Of a stretch of 64,000 nucleotides of DNA, positions 36,664-47,353 are shown piece after piece. A program made the position numbers and the translations under genes. The stretch spans positions 1 through 64,000 of IMG/VR virus record IMGVR_UViG_3300042319_002138; one strand, 5' to 3'. The notes under the pieces are model-generated. The model was given only the letters and a program-made list of their open reading frames with translations. It made no database searches and had not been told where the DNA came from. Each line of letters starts with the position of its first letter. Position 1 is the stretch's first letter.

Positions 36664-38013
36664 TTAGAAAACTTTTATTTTGTTAATAGGAGGTATTTCA
36701 ACATCACTATTATTAATACCATTAGCAACAAGATAAGATAATAATGCTGTCACAACTTGTTGATAAGCTAATAATTGATTTCCTCCCCTACCTTCTAGTT
36801 TAGTTATTATTTCACCAGACGCATTATTAATAATATCAAATTCAACTAAACATTCATTATCATCACAATTCCTGACTGCATTTATACTAATTAAAGGTGA
36901 ATTAATTTCGTCAACCCTTTGTATTTCAGAATTAACCCTAACTTCAGCTTCATTAGGTAATATGGTTGCTTGTTTATTTACCGTTGATTTTGTTTTATTA
37001 TTTTCAAAATCACCACCAGCAAAAATATTTCTACTATTTAATCTAGGTAATTCTTCGGTCATCCATCTTTGTAATTCAATATAAGCGGGTTCTTCTGGAT
37101 ATTGCGGTAATTTATGATAAGAGTGGGTGTGTGATTTAGCCCAATTAAATAACTTTTCAATAAAATCTTTTAATATATCACCATAAACTAATGGGTGTAA
37201 TTTATCTTCTAAAGAAAATTCTTCTTCATCAGTAAAATAAGGATTAACAATTGATGAGTTATTGTCTCTACCAATTAAATAAATCTTATTACTAACCATA
37301 TTAATATCAGTCCTAGTCTCTGAAAATTTTTCTTGTTGTAATATTTTTTTAAAAAAAGTATCAGTAGTAGCATTTATATCTATATTAGTACTGTATTTAC
37401 CCGGATTTATTGTTTTTAATTGTATATAGGCAGGGTTCACTTCATTTCTAACCGTAGGTTGGTCTGGTAGGAACTTTGCTGCTCTAATCAAAACTTCTGA
37501 AGGTTTAAAAATTATATCAGAGTTGTCACGTCCTTGTATTGCAATCTCATCTACATTAGGGTAAACACCTTGAGCGGTAACAATTTTTTTTATTGATTTC
37601 TCATAAGTTAATGGAAAATCAGGTCTACCTCTTTTAGCATCGGGAAAATCTAATGATTCTTTTAACTTATCACCTAATTGTGGTATTAAAGGTCCGACAT
37701 ATTCTCTGACAGCTTGGTCATTTTTACTATCGTATAAAATTATTTTAGCCGTTTCACCTACTTTTGGGATTATGTTTATATGTAAAGGTAAAAAAGGAAA
37801 ACAGACTAAAGGGTCAAACTTTGACCATGGTGTGGGTGGGGTATCTTCAGGTTTATCATCAAAACCTTTTATCTTCACCCTAATTCTACCCGCAGCTACA
37901 GGGTCATTAACATCAATAACAATACCTAAGTGTATTATTTTCTGTTGATTTCTTGATTTTATCGAACCGTCACCACGTGCCCCTTCTCCTAGGGATTCAT
38001 TTCTTTCAGACAT
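36664..38013 (-). CDS. Baseplate hub/central spike protein (gp5/gpV-like)
   Basis: N-terminal G.V.DVNDP...GRIRV OB-fold motif; HTH(SYH) spike-tip motif. Confidence 0.7.
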   Translation of the reverse strand: MSERNESLGEGARGDGSIKSRNQQKIIHLGIVIDVNDPVAAGRIRVKIKGFDDKPEDTPPTPWSKFDPLVCFPFLPLHINIIPKVGETAKIILYDSKNDQAVREYVGPLIPQLGDKLKESLDFPDAKRGRPDFPLTYEKSIKKIVTAQGVYPNVDEIAIQGRDNSDIIFKPSEVLIRAAKFLPDQPTVRNEVNPAYIQLKTINPGKYSTNIDINATTDTFFKKILQQEKFSETRTDINMVSNKIYLIGRDNNSSIVNPYFTDEEEFSLEDKLHPLVYGDILKDFIEKLFNWAKSHTHSYHKLPQYPEEPAYIELQRWMTEELPRLNSRNIFAGGDFENNKTKSTVNKQATILPNEAEVRVNSEIQRVDEINSPLISINAVRNCDDNECLVEFDIINNASGEIITKLEGRGGNQLLAYQQVVTALLSYLVANGINNSDVEIPPINKIKVF

Positions 38014-38182
38014 CTACACCTCTATTTTTTAATTCCTCATTAATTGAGTTATAAACCTTTTCTATATTTTTCATATGGTCATATTTTTTTATAGTTTCTT
38101 CCTTAACTCTATAAAAATCCTGACCCAATTTAAATCTAAGTTCCAATAGTTGTGTATTACTCTTTTTATCCAACCCCTTCAT
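38006..38182 (-). CDS. Small hypothetical protein
   Basis: ATG at 38182. Confidence 0.55.
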   Translation of the reverse strand: MKGLDKKSNTQLLELRFKLGQDFYRVKEETIKKYDHMKNIEKVYNSINEELKNRGVDV

Positions 38183-38184
38183 AA

Positions 38185-38631
38185 TTAAAACATTTGCCCA
38201 TGACCACATGAAGTGTTTATTGTAGTACCAAAAACTTGTATAGGACCTCCCGCATTACCACCAGTAGCCTGTAATTGTGTACCAGCTTTTGTACACACAT
38301 CAATTCTAGCGTCTTCAGTTAAAGCTTTAACAATTTCTTCCATCCTTATTTTTTCCATTACCTCATCAGGTGATACTTGACCCCCAGGTAATGGACCAAC
38401 AGGTAAACCTGCTTCAGATTTTCTTTGGATGATTCTTGCCGCAATTTTATCGGGACTCATGCCAGGTTTTAAACTACCCGTGTACGCTAATATATTTGAA
38501 TCAATTAAATTTGTTGTTGGTATATTCGGTACTTTAAATAAATTTTTTATTGCATTTAAAACAGAACGTGAACTTTTAAAATTTATTTGACCAATTTTTT
38601 CTGATTCCCTACATTTATTTTTATTACTCAT
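38185..38631 (-). CDS. Hypothetical (structural) protein
   Basis: 148 aa in the late operon. Confidence 0.65.
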   Translation of the reverse strand: MSNKNKCRESEKIGQINFKSSRSVLNAIKNLFKVPNIPTTNLIDSNILAYTGSLKPGMSPDKIAARIIQRKSEAGLPVGPLPGGQVSPDEVMEKIRMEEIVKALTEDARIDVCTKAGTQLQATGGNAGGPIQVFGTTINTSCGHGQMF

Positions 38632-38636
38632 ACAAT

Positions 38637-40232
38637 TTAAACGTTATTAGCACCACTTATTTGTGGTTCAGGTACACCACTTATTAACCCTGAGTCTTCT
38701 GAAGCAGCTAATTTAGCTTTAGCGTAACTTTTGATTATTTTTATTTTCTTTTCTGCTATTTTCTTAAGTATTTTTTTAACCATTTTAGCAATAAGTTTTA
38801 ATATTTCAGGTTTTAACCATACCTGAAAAGTTATTTTTACTAAAACAGCTAAAGATTCTCTAGCTATGTATTCAACAAATACTCTATTATTTATAACAAA
38901 ATCAAAACTAGTATTTTGTGTAGTATTTACCGCTGTTGTTATATACCCCGAAAGGTTATAAATCCCCACAACGGTTGGTTTCATAACAGAATTTTTTACA
39001 AGAATTTTTGGTAATTCTAATAAGATGTCCCAATTAAATTTTTTCTTAATTGCTTCACTATTTCTTGGTGAATTCTTTGCAGCAATATCTTCTATTGAAT
39101 TTAATAATTGTATTGTTTTTCTTTCTTGTAATTGTGCGTTGTTGTTGTTATTTTTTATATCGTCTAAAAAACCCACTAATAAAGGTGTGTTGTCATTTAA
39201 ATCAAATTCAAAAATACCACAACCTAAATCTATGTTCGTTACACCCAATTTTCTTTCTCTTGCTCTTCTTTCTATTTCTTCTAAATCTTCATTATTAAAA
39301 CTAAAAAAAGAATTATCGTAAACTATTTCATCATAACATGGGTCTGTATCTAAAATTTTGTCTATAATTTTATTAGTTTTTTCTTCATTAATTAATTGTT
39401 CTACAGTTGTGTCTGTTTGTGAAGAAATAAGACCAAAAAAGAAATCTAATAATGTTGCCATAAATTTTTCTTTACTAAATAATTCTACACTTGCAAAAAA
39501 ATCTAATAAAAAATCACCAAAATTTTTATCATCATAATTTTGATTTACTTTAAAATCTATTTGATTGTTTTGTGTACCCCCAGAAAAATATGTTAAATCT
39601 ATTAATGGACCATTAGGTCCTTGCCAAACATTAAGGGTGTTTGGTGTTCTTACTGTATCGTATATAAACTTATCAAAATCTTTTGATGAATCACCCAATA
39701 AAAATGATGCCATACCACCAGCGTTGGGGTCCATTTTAAATAGATTATTATAATCTATATCAGCTAAATTCATTAACATATTAGCTCCTGATGGCATCAC
39801 AAAATCAGAACCACAATTAAACGTGGCTTTAATACCCAAAATCAAAGCTTCTTTTAATATTTTAATAAATTCAGGTAAAAATTTAATTAATATTTTTTTT
39901 ACAATTGTTTTCCATTTTGGTTCTTCTTCGGGTTCTTCTTCGGGTTTTTCTTCCTTTTTTTTTTGTAAAAGTTTTCCGTTACCTGGGAGTTTAAAATCAA
40001 AACCACGTTCCACGTTTTTTTCTTTTTCCTTTTCCTCTTTTTCGGCTTCTCTTTTTTCTTTTTTATCATTAGAAACAATAGTCAACAACTCTAATAAAAA
40101 AGGTAATATGTTTTTTGAATTGCTATTAGCAGAGTCAAAAGAAGAGGTACTTTTTGAATCGGGTATATCATTAAGCGTCTTAATGATACCAACCTCTTCA
40201 AATACACTTTTTTTATCATTTTTGTAACTCAT
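38637..40232 (-). CDS. Hypothetical (structural) protein
   Basis: 531 aa in the late operon. Confidence 0.65.
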   Translation of the reverse strand: MSYKNDKKSVFEEVGIIKTLNDIPDSKSTSSFDSANSNSKNILPFLLELLTIVSNDKKEKREAEKEEKEKEKNVERGFDFKLPGNGKLLQKKKEEKPEEEPEEEPKWKTIVKKILIKFLPEFIKILKEALILGIKATFNCGSDFVMPSGANMLMNLADIDYNNLFKMDPNAGGMASFLLGDSSKDFDKFIYDTVRTPNTLNVWQGPNGPLIDLTYFSGGTQNNQIDFKVNQNYDDKNFGDFLLDFFASVELFSKEKFMATLLDFFFGLISSQTDTTVEQLINEEKTNKIIDKILDTDPCYDEIVYDNSFFSFNNEDLEEIERRARERKLGVTNIDLGCGIFEFDLNDNTPLLVGFLDDIKNNNNNAQLQERKTIQLLNSIEDIAAKNSPRNSEAIKKKFNWDILLELPKILVKNSVMKPTVVGIYNLSGYITTAVNTTQNTSFDFVINNRVFVEYIARESLAVLVKITFQVWLKPEILKLIAKMVKKILKKIAEKKIKIIKSYAKAKLAASEDSGLISGVPEPQISGANNV

Positions 40233-40233
40233 A

Positions 40234-40584
40234 TTATTCTTTTTCTTTTGTAAACATATCTCTTAATAACTCCATGTCTTCGGGAGTTAATGAACCATCT
40301 GATTTAGATTCAGTTCCCTCACCTTTAAAAATTAAAGTACCCATTAATTTAACTATTGAAAGTTTTTTATCTATGGTACTATCAACTAATTTTAATAAGT
40401 CAGTGTTTGCTTTGTTTAGATTAACTAAATCATGCATATCCTCAACTTCAACTTTCTTTTTGTTTTCGTTGATTTGTCTTATAGCGGTACTACGTTGTTC
40501 AACAAGTTCGTTATATGCTTCTTGTGCCACACCTAAAAAACTATCTGTACTTAACTTAATTTCTTTTTTCTTTGGCCTACTCAT
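40234..40584 (-). CDS. Hypothetical protein
   Basis: 116 aa; first gene behind ATATTTAT at 40597-40604. Confidence 0.65.
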   Translation of the reverse strand: MSRPKKKEIKLSTDSFLGVAQEAYNELVEQRSTAIRQINENKKKVEVEDMHDLVNLNKANTDLLKLVDSTIDKKLSIVKLMGTLIFKGEGTESKSDGSLTPEDMELLRDMFTKEKE

Positions 40585-40619
40585 AATCTTTTTTTTATAA
40601 ATATCCTTTTTATATAATT

Positions 40620-41402
40620 TTAAAAAGAATCATCTCTTAAAACATTGTAAATGACCCTATATCTTTTCATGCCATTTCTAATGTCTTTAGTATTAAGAGA
40701 TGTCATTTCTCTCATATAATATAAAATAAGGTTTTTATTGAATTTATTTTTACCAGGAACATTATCATCATCAAAAAGATTTTCCCATTCATCTAAAATA
40801 GAAGTTAGGGCCTTACCGACTTTAATTTCATTTTCGTTTAAAACTTTATTTTCCATTTCTTTTTTAATGCTAGTAGAAATGCTTCCGATTAAATCACCCA
40901 AATTTGGTTTTGGGTCATCGATATAATAAGCCATGTTTTCGTCCTCCTCAATCATAGGAGCAACGTCATCGTAACTTAAATTTTGTTTAAGTCTTTTATC
41001 CCCCTTTATCATTTGACCTAAGAGGTAGTGTTTACACACAGTCCCATAATAAGAGTAAGATTTTTTATTTCTTGACGGCTTAAATTTATGAAACTTAATG
41101 TGTAAAAAACTAAGTGTATCGGCATGAAGGTCATCAAACTCCATTGTTTTAGAATAGAGTTTGTACCTTCTAATAATGCTTTCAACCATTTTATCTAACG
41201 GGGCCTTGAGCTGTTTACTGTAGATTCTATTTCTAAGTGTGTCTTCTTCCGTTGTGCCAGTCCATCTATACCCGTCTTGTGTAGTCGGGTCTTTAATTAA
41301 TTCTCCAAGTTCAAGATAATTCTTTACTGCTTCTTCTTCTTCCGGACCAAAGTAAGGTTTCTTTTTAGGTTTCCTACCCCTTTTCTTTGGTTCTTCTATC
41401 AT
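40620..41402 (-). CDS. Late-transcription sigma factor (T4 gp55-like)
   Basis: Region-2-like KFKPSRNKKSYSYYGTVCKHYL, compare gp55-type F.P.K....FAYFT; no obvious region 4. Confidence 0.6.
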   Translation of the reverse strand: MIEEPKKRGRKPKKKPYFGPEEEEAVKNYLELGELIKDPTTQDGYRWTGTTEEDTLRNRIYSKQLKAPLDKMVESIIRRYKLYSKTMEFDDLHADTLSFLHIKFHKFKPSRNKKSYSYYGTVCKHYLLGQMIKGDKRLKQNLSYDDVAPMIEEDENMAYYIDDPKPNLGDLIGSISTSIKKEMENKVLNENEIKVGKALTSILDEWENLFDDDNVPGKNKFNKNLILYYMREMTSLNTKDIRNGMKRYRVIYNVLRDDSF

Positions 41403-42215
41403 TTAGACTGTTTGTTCTTCTGCGTTATAAGTTAGACCTCTGTCTTGTTTAAAATAACATTCCTTTTTAGCAGTATTAAACCACCATCTAGCTTCAAGAG
41501 GGTCAATTTTATTTACACCATTATAGTATTCAAAAAACAAAGAAGAAGGTCTCATATTTGTTTTTTTGTAACCAATCTTAGGGATAGTCATAATTTTTTT
41601 ATCGTAGTAAGTCATTCTTAAGAAGAACTCATACACAAATTGTAGTCTAATACTAGATTTCAATTTACCTACAGATTCAAAAGATTCTTTTCTGTAAACT
41701 CCACCAGAGATTTGGAAACTTGGGTAGTTCAATAAAGCGTCATTATCTAAGAAACCAATCTTGTCTGAAAAATCTTTTGCCCATACAGGTTCATTTGTAA
41801 AATGTAAAAATCTACCTTCAACATTAGCGTCTAAAACAATAGGTAAAAATGCGTCTACATCATCATAATAGTTTGCGTATTGGTAAAAATTACTAAACCA
41901 AATTTTAGAATATTCATCATCCATTTCTAGAATACTAAACCACTCTGTTTCTACTTGTGAAACACCGTAGTTAATTTGTGAACAAAAATCAGTTTCACCA
42001 TCATTTTCAACAATAGTTAAAATATCTTTAATTTTTTCATCATAAGAATATTCTTCCACTGTTGTTTTTGCTTCACTACCTTTTGGTACTACAATAATAA
42101 CTTTTGTAGGTAATTCTTTTTGTTCTCTAAGACTAGCCATAGCTTTAGCAAAGTAGTCTTTCTCCTCTTCATTAATTTTATGTACAGGTACAATAACTGT
42201 TACTTTATTATCCAT
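41403..42215 (-). CDS. Glycosyltransferase family 2
   Basis: VTVIVPVH, N.G......WF..LEMDD. Confidence 0.75.
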   Translation of the reverse strand: MDNKVTVIVPVHKINEEEKDYFAKAMASLREQKELPTKVIIVVPKGSEAKTTVEEYSYDEKIKDILTIVENDGETDFCSQINYGVSQVETEWFSILEMDDEYSKIWFSNFYQYANYYDDVDAFLPIVLDANVEGRFLHFTNEPVWAKDFSDKIGFLDNDALLNYPSFQISGGVYRKESFESVGKLKSSIRLQFVYEFFLRMTYYDKKIMTIPKIGYKKTNMRPSSLFFEYYNGVNKIDPLEARWWFNTAKKECYFKQDRGLTYNAEEQTV

Positions 42216-43308
42216 TTGTTTCTTCTGTTTTAGTTTCTGTTATTACTTCTGGTTCAACAAATTGTGTCAAACTAGATTTAAATTCCTCAATAGCTTTATT
42301 AGTTAACTTTTCAAAATAATTTTTGATTGTTTCTTTTTGTTCTTCAGGAGTATATTTTTTGTTAGTTTCTTCCATTTCAGTGTACAATTCTTGTGGTTCT
42401 AAATCTTCCAACCAAGCTTGAACGTAGTTACCTAAAATATCTACAATATTGTTAACATTGTTAGTCCACATTCCGTTTCTATCTGTCATCCATTCAGGTA
42501 CCATGTTAGGAACTTTACCAATAACAGGTACACCACATCTCATAGATTCTAATGGGAAAGTACCAAAGCCTGAAATATCGTCAACCCAAATAGATACACA
42601 AGATTCAGCTAAATTTTCAGCAAATTTTTCTCTAGACATACCTCTTAAATCTCTAAAAGAAACCCATTTTAAGTGTGGGTATTTAATGTAAAAAGCCTTA
42701 AAGATTTTTAGAGTATCTCTTTGGTCTCTAGTGTTAATCGTTACAATAGGTTTTCTAGGTTCTTCCGATTTTTTAAAGTAACTTGGGATTGAAATTGATG
42801 TTGAATCAACTTCGATTGTTGGGTTATTGAACAGGGTGTTAATGTATTCTTTTTGGTTTGCTGATGTTGTAATAACATCTCTTACTTTATAGTCAGCCCA
42901 AGTTTTACCTGGTTCTAACATCTCAAAAATATAATCATATGCCTGTGACATAATCATTTTTCTACATGGTAATCCTTTAATTTGTTCTAATACATTAGCA
43001 AAAATTTCAGGGATGATTACAAAATCACTACCACCAACTTTTAATTCGTTTCTTTCGATAGAAAGGTGTGGTAAATTACCATACTCTTCACCTAACCAAG
43101 AATTAACACTAGTATAATCATTTTTTTCATGTAAGATATAAGCTCTATATCCTAGTTCAGTTAAAACTTTTACGTGTTCATAAACGTTTGCTACTCCAGC
43201 CGTAGGAGCTCCTTTTGTGTCCATCGTAAAGAAATAAATACCAAAATCTTTTTTTGATAGTTTTTCGATGTTAGACTCAATTTGTTTTACAATTTCTAAT
43301 TTTTCCAT
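42208..43308 (-). CDS. Glycosyltransferase (GT-B/GT4-like)
   Basis: GFGTFPLESMRCGVPVIG. Confidence 0.7.
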   Translation of the reverse strand: MEKLEIVKQIESNIEKLSKKDFGIYFFTMDTKGAPTAGVANVYEHVKVLTELGYRAYILHEKNDYTSVNSWLGEEYGNLPHLSIERNELKVGGSDFVIIPEIFANVLEQIKGLPCRKMIMSQAYDYIFEMLEPGKTWADYKVRDVITTSANQKEYINTLFNNPTIEVDSTSISIPSYFKKSEEPRKPIVTINTRDQRDTLKIFKAFYIKYPHLKWVSFRDLRGMSREKFAENLAESCVSIWVDDISGFGTFPLESMRCGVPVIGKVPNMVPEWMTDRNGMWTNNVNNIVDILGNYVQAWLEDLEPQELYTEMEETNKKYTPEEQKETIKNYFEKLTNKAIEEFKSSLTQFVEPEVITETKTEETNG

Positions 43309-43309
43309 A

Positions 43310-43657
43310 TTAGCTTCTGTTTTTTTTTATTAATTTATATTTTATTAGTGTATTAAATGAAAGTCTGAACGGTATTGATAGTTGTTCACCTAATTTGGTG
43401 ATTCCCATACCCTCATCAACAATCCCATTTTCGTTTAATATTGATTCAATCATTGCTTTAGTTAAATCCCATTTAGTCATATCGACCATTGGACCTTGTA
43501 AATCAATGGGTTCTTCTTCCCCTTCACCTTTTGGGTTTTTTTCTTTAGTCAACAAGTCCTCAAAACTTTTAGACTCTTCTTCGTCTATTTTTACAAAATC
43601 AGAAATTGATTTTAAATCAAAATAGTACTCTTCTCCAGCTATGTCAAATAATTCCAT
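43310..43657 (-). CDS. Hypothetical protein
   Basis: 115-aa ORF. Confidence 0.65.
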   Translation of the reverse strand: MELFDIAGEEYYFDLKSISDFVKIDEEESKSFEDLLTKEKNPKGEGEEEPIDLQGPMVDMTKWDLTKAMIESILNENGIVDEGMGITKLGEQLSIPFRLSFNTLIKYKLIKKNRS

Positions 43658-43694
43658 AGTTAATTATTAATAATAAAATTTTAGATGTAAACCA

Positions 43695-44390
43695 TTATAA
43701 GGACCATTCTCCCTCACCACCCAATAAAATATTTTGAATATCTTTTAGTGTGGTAGAATCAATTTCTTTAATTGACTTAATATTAATATTAGATTGTACT
43801 AATAGTGTATTAAATTCTTTCTCTATTTTAACACAAACTTTTTTACTTGGTTTTGAATTGATTATTTCTGGGTGGTCCGTAATCATCACGTCAACGTAAT
43901 CCCATACTTTATTATATTCTGTAACAAATTTTATGTTAGGACAAGTGCATCTTGTTTTTGATAGAAAAAATAAAGTAGACGGAATAACTAACCCACCTTC
44001 TCTAGTTATGATAATAAATTCGTGTTGTGGATTATCTATAATTAATTTATTTAATGTCTCTACAGCAGAATTAACAACCTCATTTGCGTACCCAAAAATC
44101 TCTAATGTACATTTTTCATACATAAATTCTTCTAATGTAACTTGTTTTTTGACCGTAACTAATTTTGTATCTTCCTCTGATTCAAGAAAAGAATCTTCAT
44201 TAAAGTCAGGATTAAATTCTAATTCAGCTTGTTTAACTTCTTCTTCAGGAAACTTAATCCAATTTTCTAAATCATAGTCTTTAACCTCAATCGGTTCATT
44301 GTCTTCGTCAGCAAAATATTTTTGGAATGTGTTTTCTATTTGCCCAAAATAATCTCTTAATACATTATCTATTGATACCCCTATCTTCAT
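43695..44390 (-). CDS. 5'(3')-deoxyribonucleotidase/HAD-like protein
   Basis: IGVSIDNVLRD, ITR, DVMITD; first motif Asp appears replaced by Ser. Confidence 0.55.
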   Translation of the reverse strand: MKIGVSIDNVLRDYFGQIENTFQKYFADEDNEPIEVKDYDLENWIKFPEEEVKQAELEFNPDFNEDSFLESEEDTKLVTVKKQVTLEEFMYEKCTLEIFGYANEVVNSAVETLNKLIIDNPQHEFIIITREGGLVIPSTLFFLSKTRCTCPNIKFVTEYNKVWDYVDVMITDHPEIINSKPSKKVCVKIEKEFNTLLVQSNINIKSIKEIDSTTLKDIQNILLGGEGEWSL

Positions 44391-44535
44391 CTTCTACAAC
44401 TTTATAAATTTTTAGTAATTCTTTTTTTGTTAATTTTTTTACTTCACTAAAATATTCTATAGATTCTTCCAGTGAGTCAGATTTAAATTTATTTATGGCT
44501 TCACCATTTTTATTTATTAATTTAAAAGTTTTCAT
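44365..44535 (-). CDS. Small hypothetical protein (56 aa, not in ORF track)
   Basis: MKTFKLINKNGEAINKFKSDSLEESIEYF...; fills the gap between phoH and the HAD-like gene. Confidence 0.6.
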   Translation of the reverse strand: MKTFKLINKNGEAINKFKSDSLEESIEYFSEVKKLTKKELLKIYKVVEDEDRGINR

Positions 44536-44537
44536 AA

Positions 44538-45293
44538 TTAATTTTTTCTTTTGGTGTTTGGTATTCTTCCCTCGGCAAGAGCCTTTTCGTAGTTATCAAT
44601 AATCTTAATAAGTAATGGGTCTCTAACAATATCATTTCTATCAAACTTAAAGTGAAACATTTGGTCATCTTCACCTAAAATTTCTTTAACAAAAAAGTCT
44701 AAAGCCACATACTTTTCATTGATGTCGTTTTGTCTTGAATCTCCAATAATAGTAATTTTAGAACCTTCACCAAAACGAGTAATTGTTGTCATTAATTGTT
44801 TAATGTCAGCGTTTTGCATTTCATCACAGATAATATATGAGTGTTTAAAAGTACGACCCCTCATGTAAGCAATGGGTTCAAATTTAATAGTGCCGTTGTC
44901 AATTAACATTTTAAGTGTTCTACCGTCCATCATCTCAATTAAATTATCTAAAAAAGATTCCATAAATGGTTGTACTTTATCTTTTTCAGAACCAGGTAAA
45001 AACCCTAAGTCTTCACCAGAAGTCTCAAGAGGCTTCACTAAAACTATTCTTTTAACTTCACCCTTTTGTAATGCTTTAACTGCTGCCCAACAAGCGGTAA
45101 ATGTTTTAGATGTTCCTGGAGGGCCGACAATTGTAGAGATTCTAGAATCTTTTATACCATTAAAAAGTTCGTATTGTTTTTCTGATAATTTAACATTTTT
45201 ATAGGAACCAAATTCTTTATTAATTGATTCGTTGTTTAAATACTCATCATAAACCTCTTGTGTATTAATTTTACGTTTTTTTTGATTTGTCAT
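44538..45293 (-). CDS. phoH: PhoH-like ATPase
   Basis: GPPGTSKT, LGFLPG, YMRGRTF, DEMQN, GDSRQ.D, DIVR. Confidence 0.9.
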   Translation of the reverse strand: MTNQKKRKINTQEVYDEYLNNESINKEFGSYKNVKLSEKQYELFNGIKDSRISTIVGPPGTSKTFTACWAAVKALQKGEVKRIVLVKPLETSGEDLGFLPGSEKDKVQPFMESFLDNLIEMMDGRTLKMLIDNGTIKFEPIAYMRGRTFKHSYIICDEMQNADIKQLMTTITRFGEGSKITIIGDSRQNDINEKYVALDFFVKEILGEDDQMFHFKFDRNDIVRDPLLIKIIDNYEKALAEGRIPNTKRKN

Positions 45294-45329
45294 AAAAAAT
45301 TATATTAAATTTTTGGAAAAAGTATATGA

Positions 45330-46265
45330 TTACTTCCTAATTTTATTATAGTTACCCTCAAACCATTCTATAGTTTCTTTTAAACCTTCATATAAAGGTG
45401 TGAATTTAAAATTTGGTAAATAATTTTTAATTTTACTATTGTCGCTTGGTTTTCTAAATTGTCCGTCTGGTTTTGAGGTATCCCATATAACCTCACCCTT
45501 AAAATTCATAATTTCAACAATTACGTCAACAATTTCTTTAATCGATATTTCTTCGGATGTCGATAAAATTATTGGTTCGTTTTCAGTGTAATTATTTAAA
45601 ACCCATTCAGATAAAATGGCAACATCTTTATTGTATATAAATTCCCTTAATGGTTTACCTGAACCCCATATAGTTAAAGGTGTTTTAGTTTCTCTAGCAA
45701 TATAACATTTATGTATTATGGAAGGAATTACATGTCCGTTTTCAATATCAAAATTATCATTTATACCATATATGTTTGTTGGTATAACTGATTTATAATT
45801 TAATCCATATTGTTCTTTGTAAGCTCTTATTTGAATGTCAGCCATTCTTTTAGAGTAAGCGTAAGCATCATTAGAAAAATGTGGTGGACCTAAATGTATT
45901 TTATTCTCTGTTAAGGGATACTCAACGTTGTCAGGAAAAACACATGTTGAAAGGAAAACAACTAAATCTTTTATGTTGTGTTTTCTACATGATTCAATAA
46001 CATTTGTATTTATCATGATGTTATCATAAAAAAATTCTCCCTTATATCTCATGTTTCCACCAACGCCACCTACTTTAGCTGCGGTATGGATAACCTTATC
46101 AACAACAAATTCTTTTTGTATTTCTTTATTTGTATAAAAAGAAAAAATTTCGTCAACAGATTTTTGGTCTCTTAAATCACAAACTTTAGAATTTAAGGCA
46201 ATTAAATTACCTTTAAACTGTGAACCCACCAAGCCACTTTGTCCTGTAACTAATAATCTACCCAT
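45330..46265 (-). CDS. fcl: GDP-L-fucose synthase
   Basis: GQSGLVG, AAKVGG, STCVFP, YAYSK, PTNIYG.NDNF, HVIP, WGSGKPLREF, KPDGQ. Confidence 0.92.
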   Translation of the reverse strand: MGRLLVTGQSGLVGSQFKGNLIALNSKVCDLRDQKSVDEIFSFYTNKEIQKEFVVDKVIHTAAKVGGVGGNMRYKGEFFYDNIMINTNVIESCRKHNIKDLVVFLSTCVFPDNVEYPLTENKIHLGPPHFSNDAYAYSKRMADIQIRAYKEQYGLNYKSVIPTNIYGINDNFDIENGHVIPSIIHKCYIARETKTPLTIWGSGKPLREFIYNKDVAILSEWVLNNYTENEPIILSTSEEISIKEIVDVIVEIMNFKGEVIWDTSKPDGQFRKPSDNSKIKNYLPNFKFTPLYEGLKETIEWFEGNYNKIRK

Positions 46266-47320
46266 TAAACATTTCTATTTCTCATAATACCTAGCATTAC
46301 CTCTGATGGTATGTCTAATATATTTTGTTCTATTTCATTCTCTTCTACTTTATAATGTTCTAACCAATATTCAATCATTTCATCTAACATTGTCTCAAAA
46401 GTATATTTTGGGTCCCAATTTAACTCATCTCTTAACTTACTTGAATCCCCCTTTAAATCATGTAATTCTTCAGGTCTAAAATGTTTATCATCAATAACAA
46501 CATATTTTCTAAAATCCAAGTTTAATTTGGAAAATGTGTATTCACATAATTCTTTTACTGAATGTGAAACACCTGTAGAACATACATAATCATCTGGTTT
46601 ATCAGATTGTAACATTAACCACATAGCTTCTACATAATCTTTTGCGTGACCCCAATCTCTGGTAGCATCAAGATTACCTAAATGTAAATTATTTTGTAAT
46701 CCTAATTTAATTCTAACTGCAGCTTTAACAACTTTATTAGTTACAAAATTAGTTCCTCTTCTAGGGGACTCGTGATTAAATAATATACCGTTCCATATTT
46801 TCATACCATATGAATTTCTATAATTCTTACAAATGTTGTAAGAAAAAACTTTAGCACAACCATATGGTGATACAGGATTCAATGGTGTCGTTTCTCTTTG
46901 ATACCCATCATCGTCTATTGAATTACCAAACATTTCTGAAGATGATGCTTGATAAATTTTTGAATGTGGTGAAACCATCCTTACAGCTTCAAGTAAATTT
47001 AATGTACCTAAACCAGTAGCGTTAGCCGTGTATATTGGTTGGTCAAAACTAACTCTAACATGGGATTGTGCTGCTAGATTATATATTTCATCAGGTTGTA
47101 CTTTTTGTAAAACTCTAACTAAAGATGCCATATCAGTTAAATCAGCGTACTCTAAATTAATTTTACCTTCTGAGAGTAGGTGTTCTATTCTAGTAGATTG
47201 TGTTTCAGATACAGAATTTCTTTTTACGGTACCCCATATCTCATAATCTTTATTCAACAAAAATTCTGCTAAATAAGAACCGTCTTGTCCGTTAATACCC
47301 GTTATTAAAACTTTTTTCAT
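46265..47320 (-). CDS. gmd: GDP-mannose 4,6-dehydratase
   Basis: GINGQDGSYLAE, NLAAQSHV, QASSSE, SPYGCAK, NHESPRRG, RDWGHA. Confidence 0.95.
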   Translation of the reverse strand: MKKVLITGINGQDGSYLAEFLLNKDYEIWGTVKRNSVSETQSTRIEHLLSEGKINLEYADLTDMASLVRVLQKVQPDEIYNLAAQSHVRVSFDQPIYTANATGLGTLNLLEAVRMVSPHSKIYQASSSEMFGNSIDDDGYQRETTPLNPVSPYGCAKVFSYNICKNYRNSYGMKIWNGILFNHESPRRGTNFVTNKVVKAAVRIKLGLQNNLHLGNLDATRDWGHAKDYVEAMWLMLQSDKPDDYVCSTGVSHSVKELCEYTFSKLNLDFRKYVVIDDKHFRPEELHDLKGDSSKLRDELNWDPKYTFETMLDEMIEYWLEHYKVEENEIEQNILDIPSEVMLGIMRNRNV

Positions 47321-47353
47321 TATTAATTTTTTGTGTTAATATATTTATTATTT

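Noticed and set aside
40234-40584. Terminase small subunit
   Set aside because: Size and helicity fit, but there is no diagnostic motif and it is not adjacent to terL.
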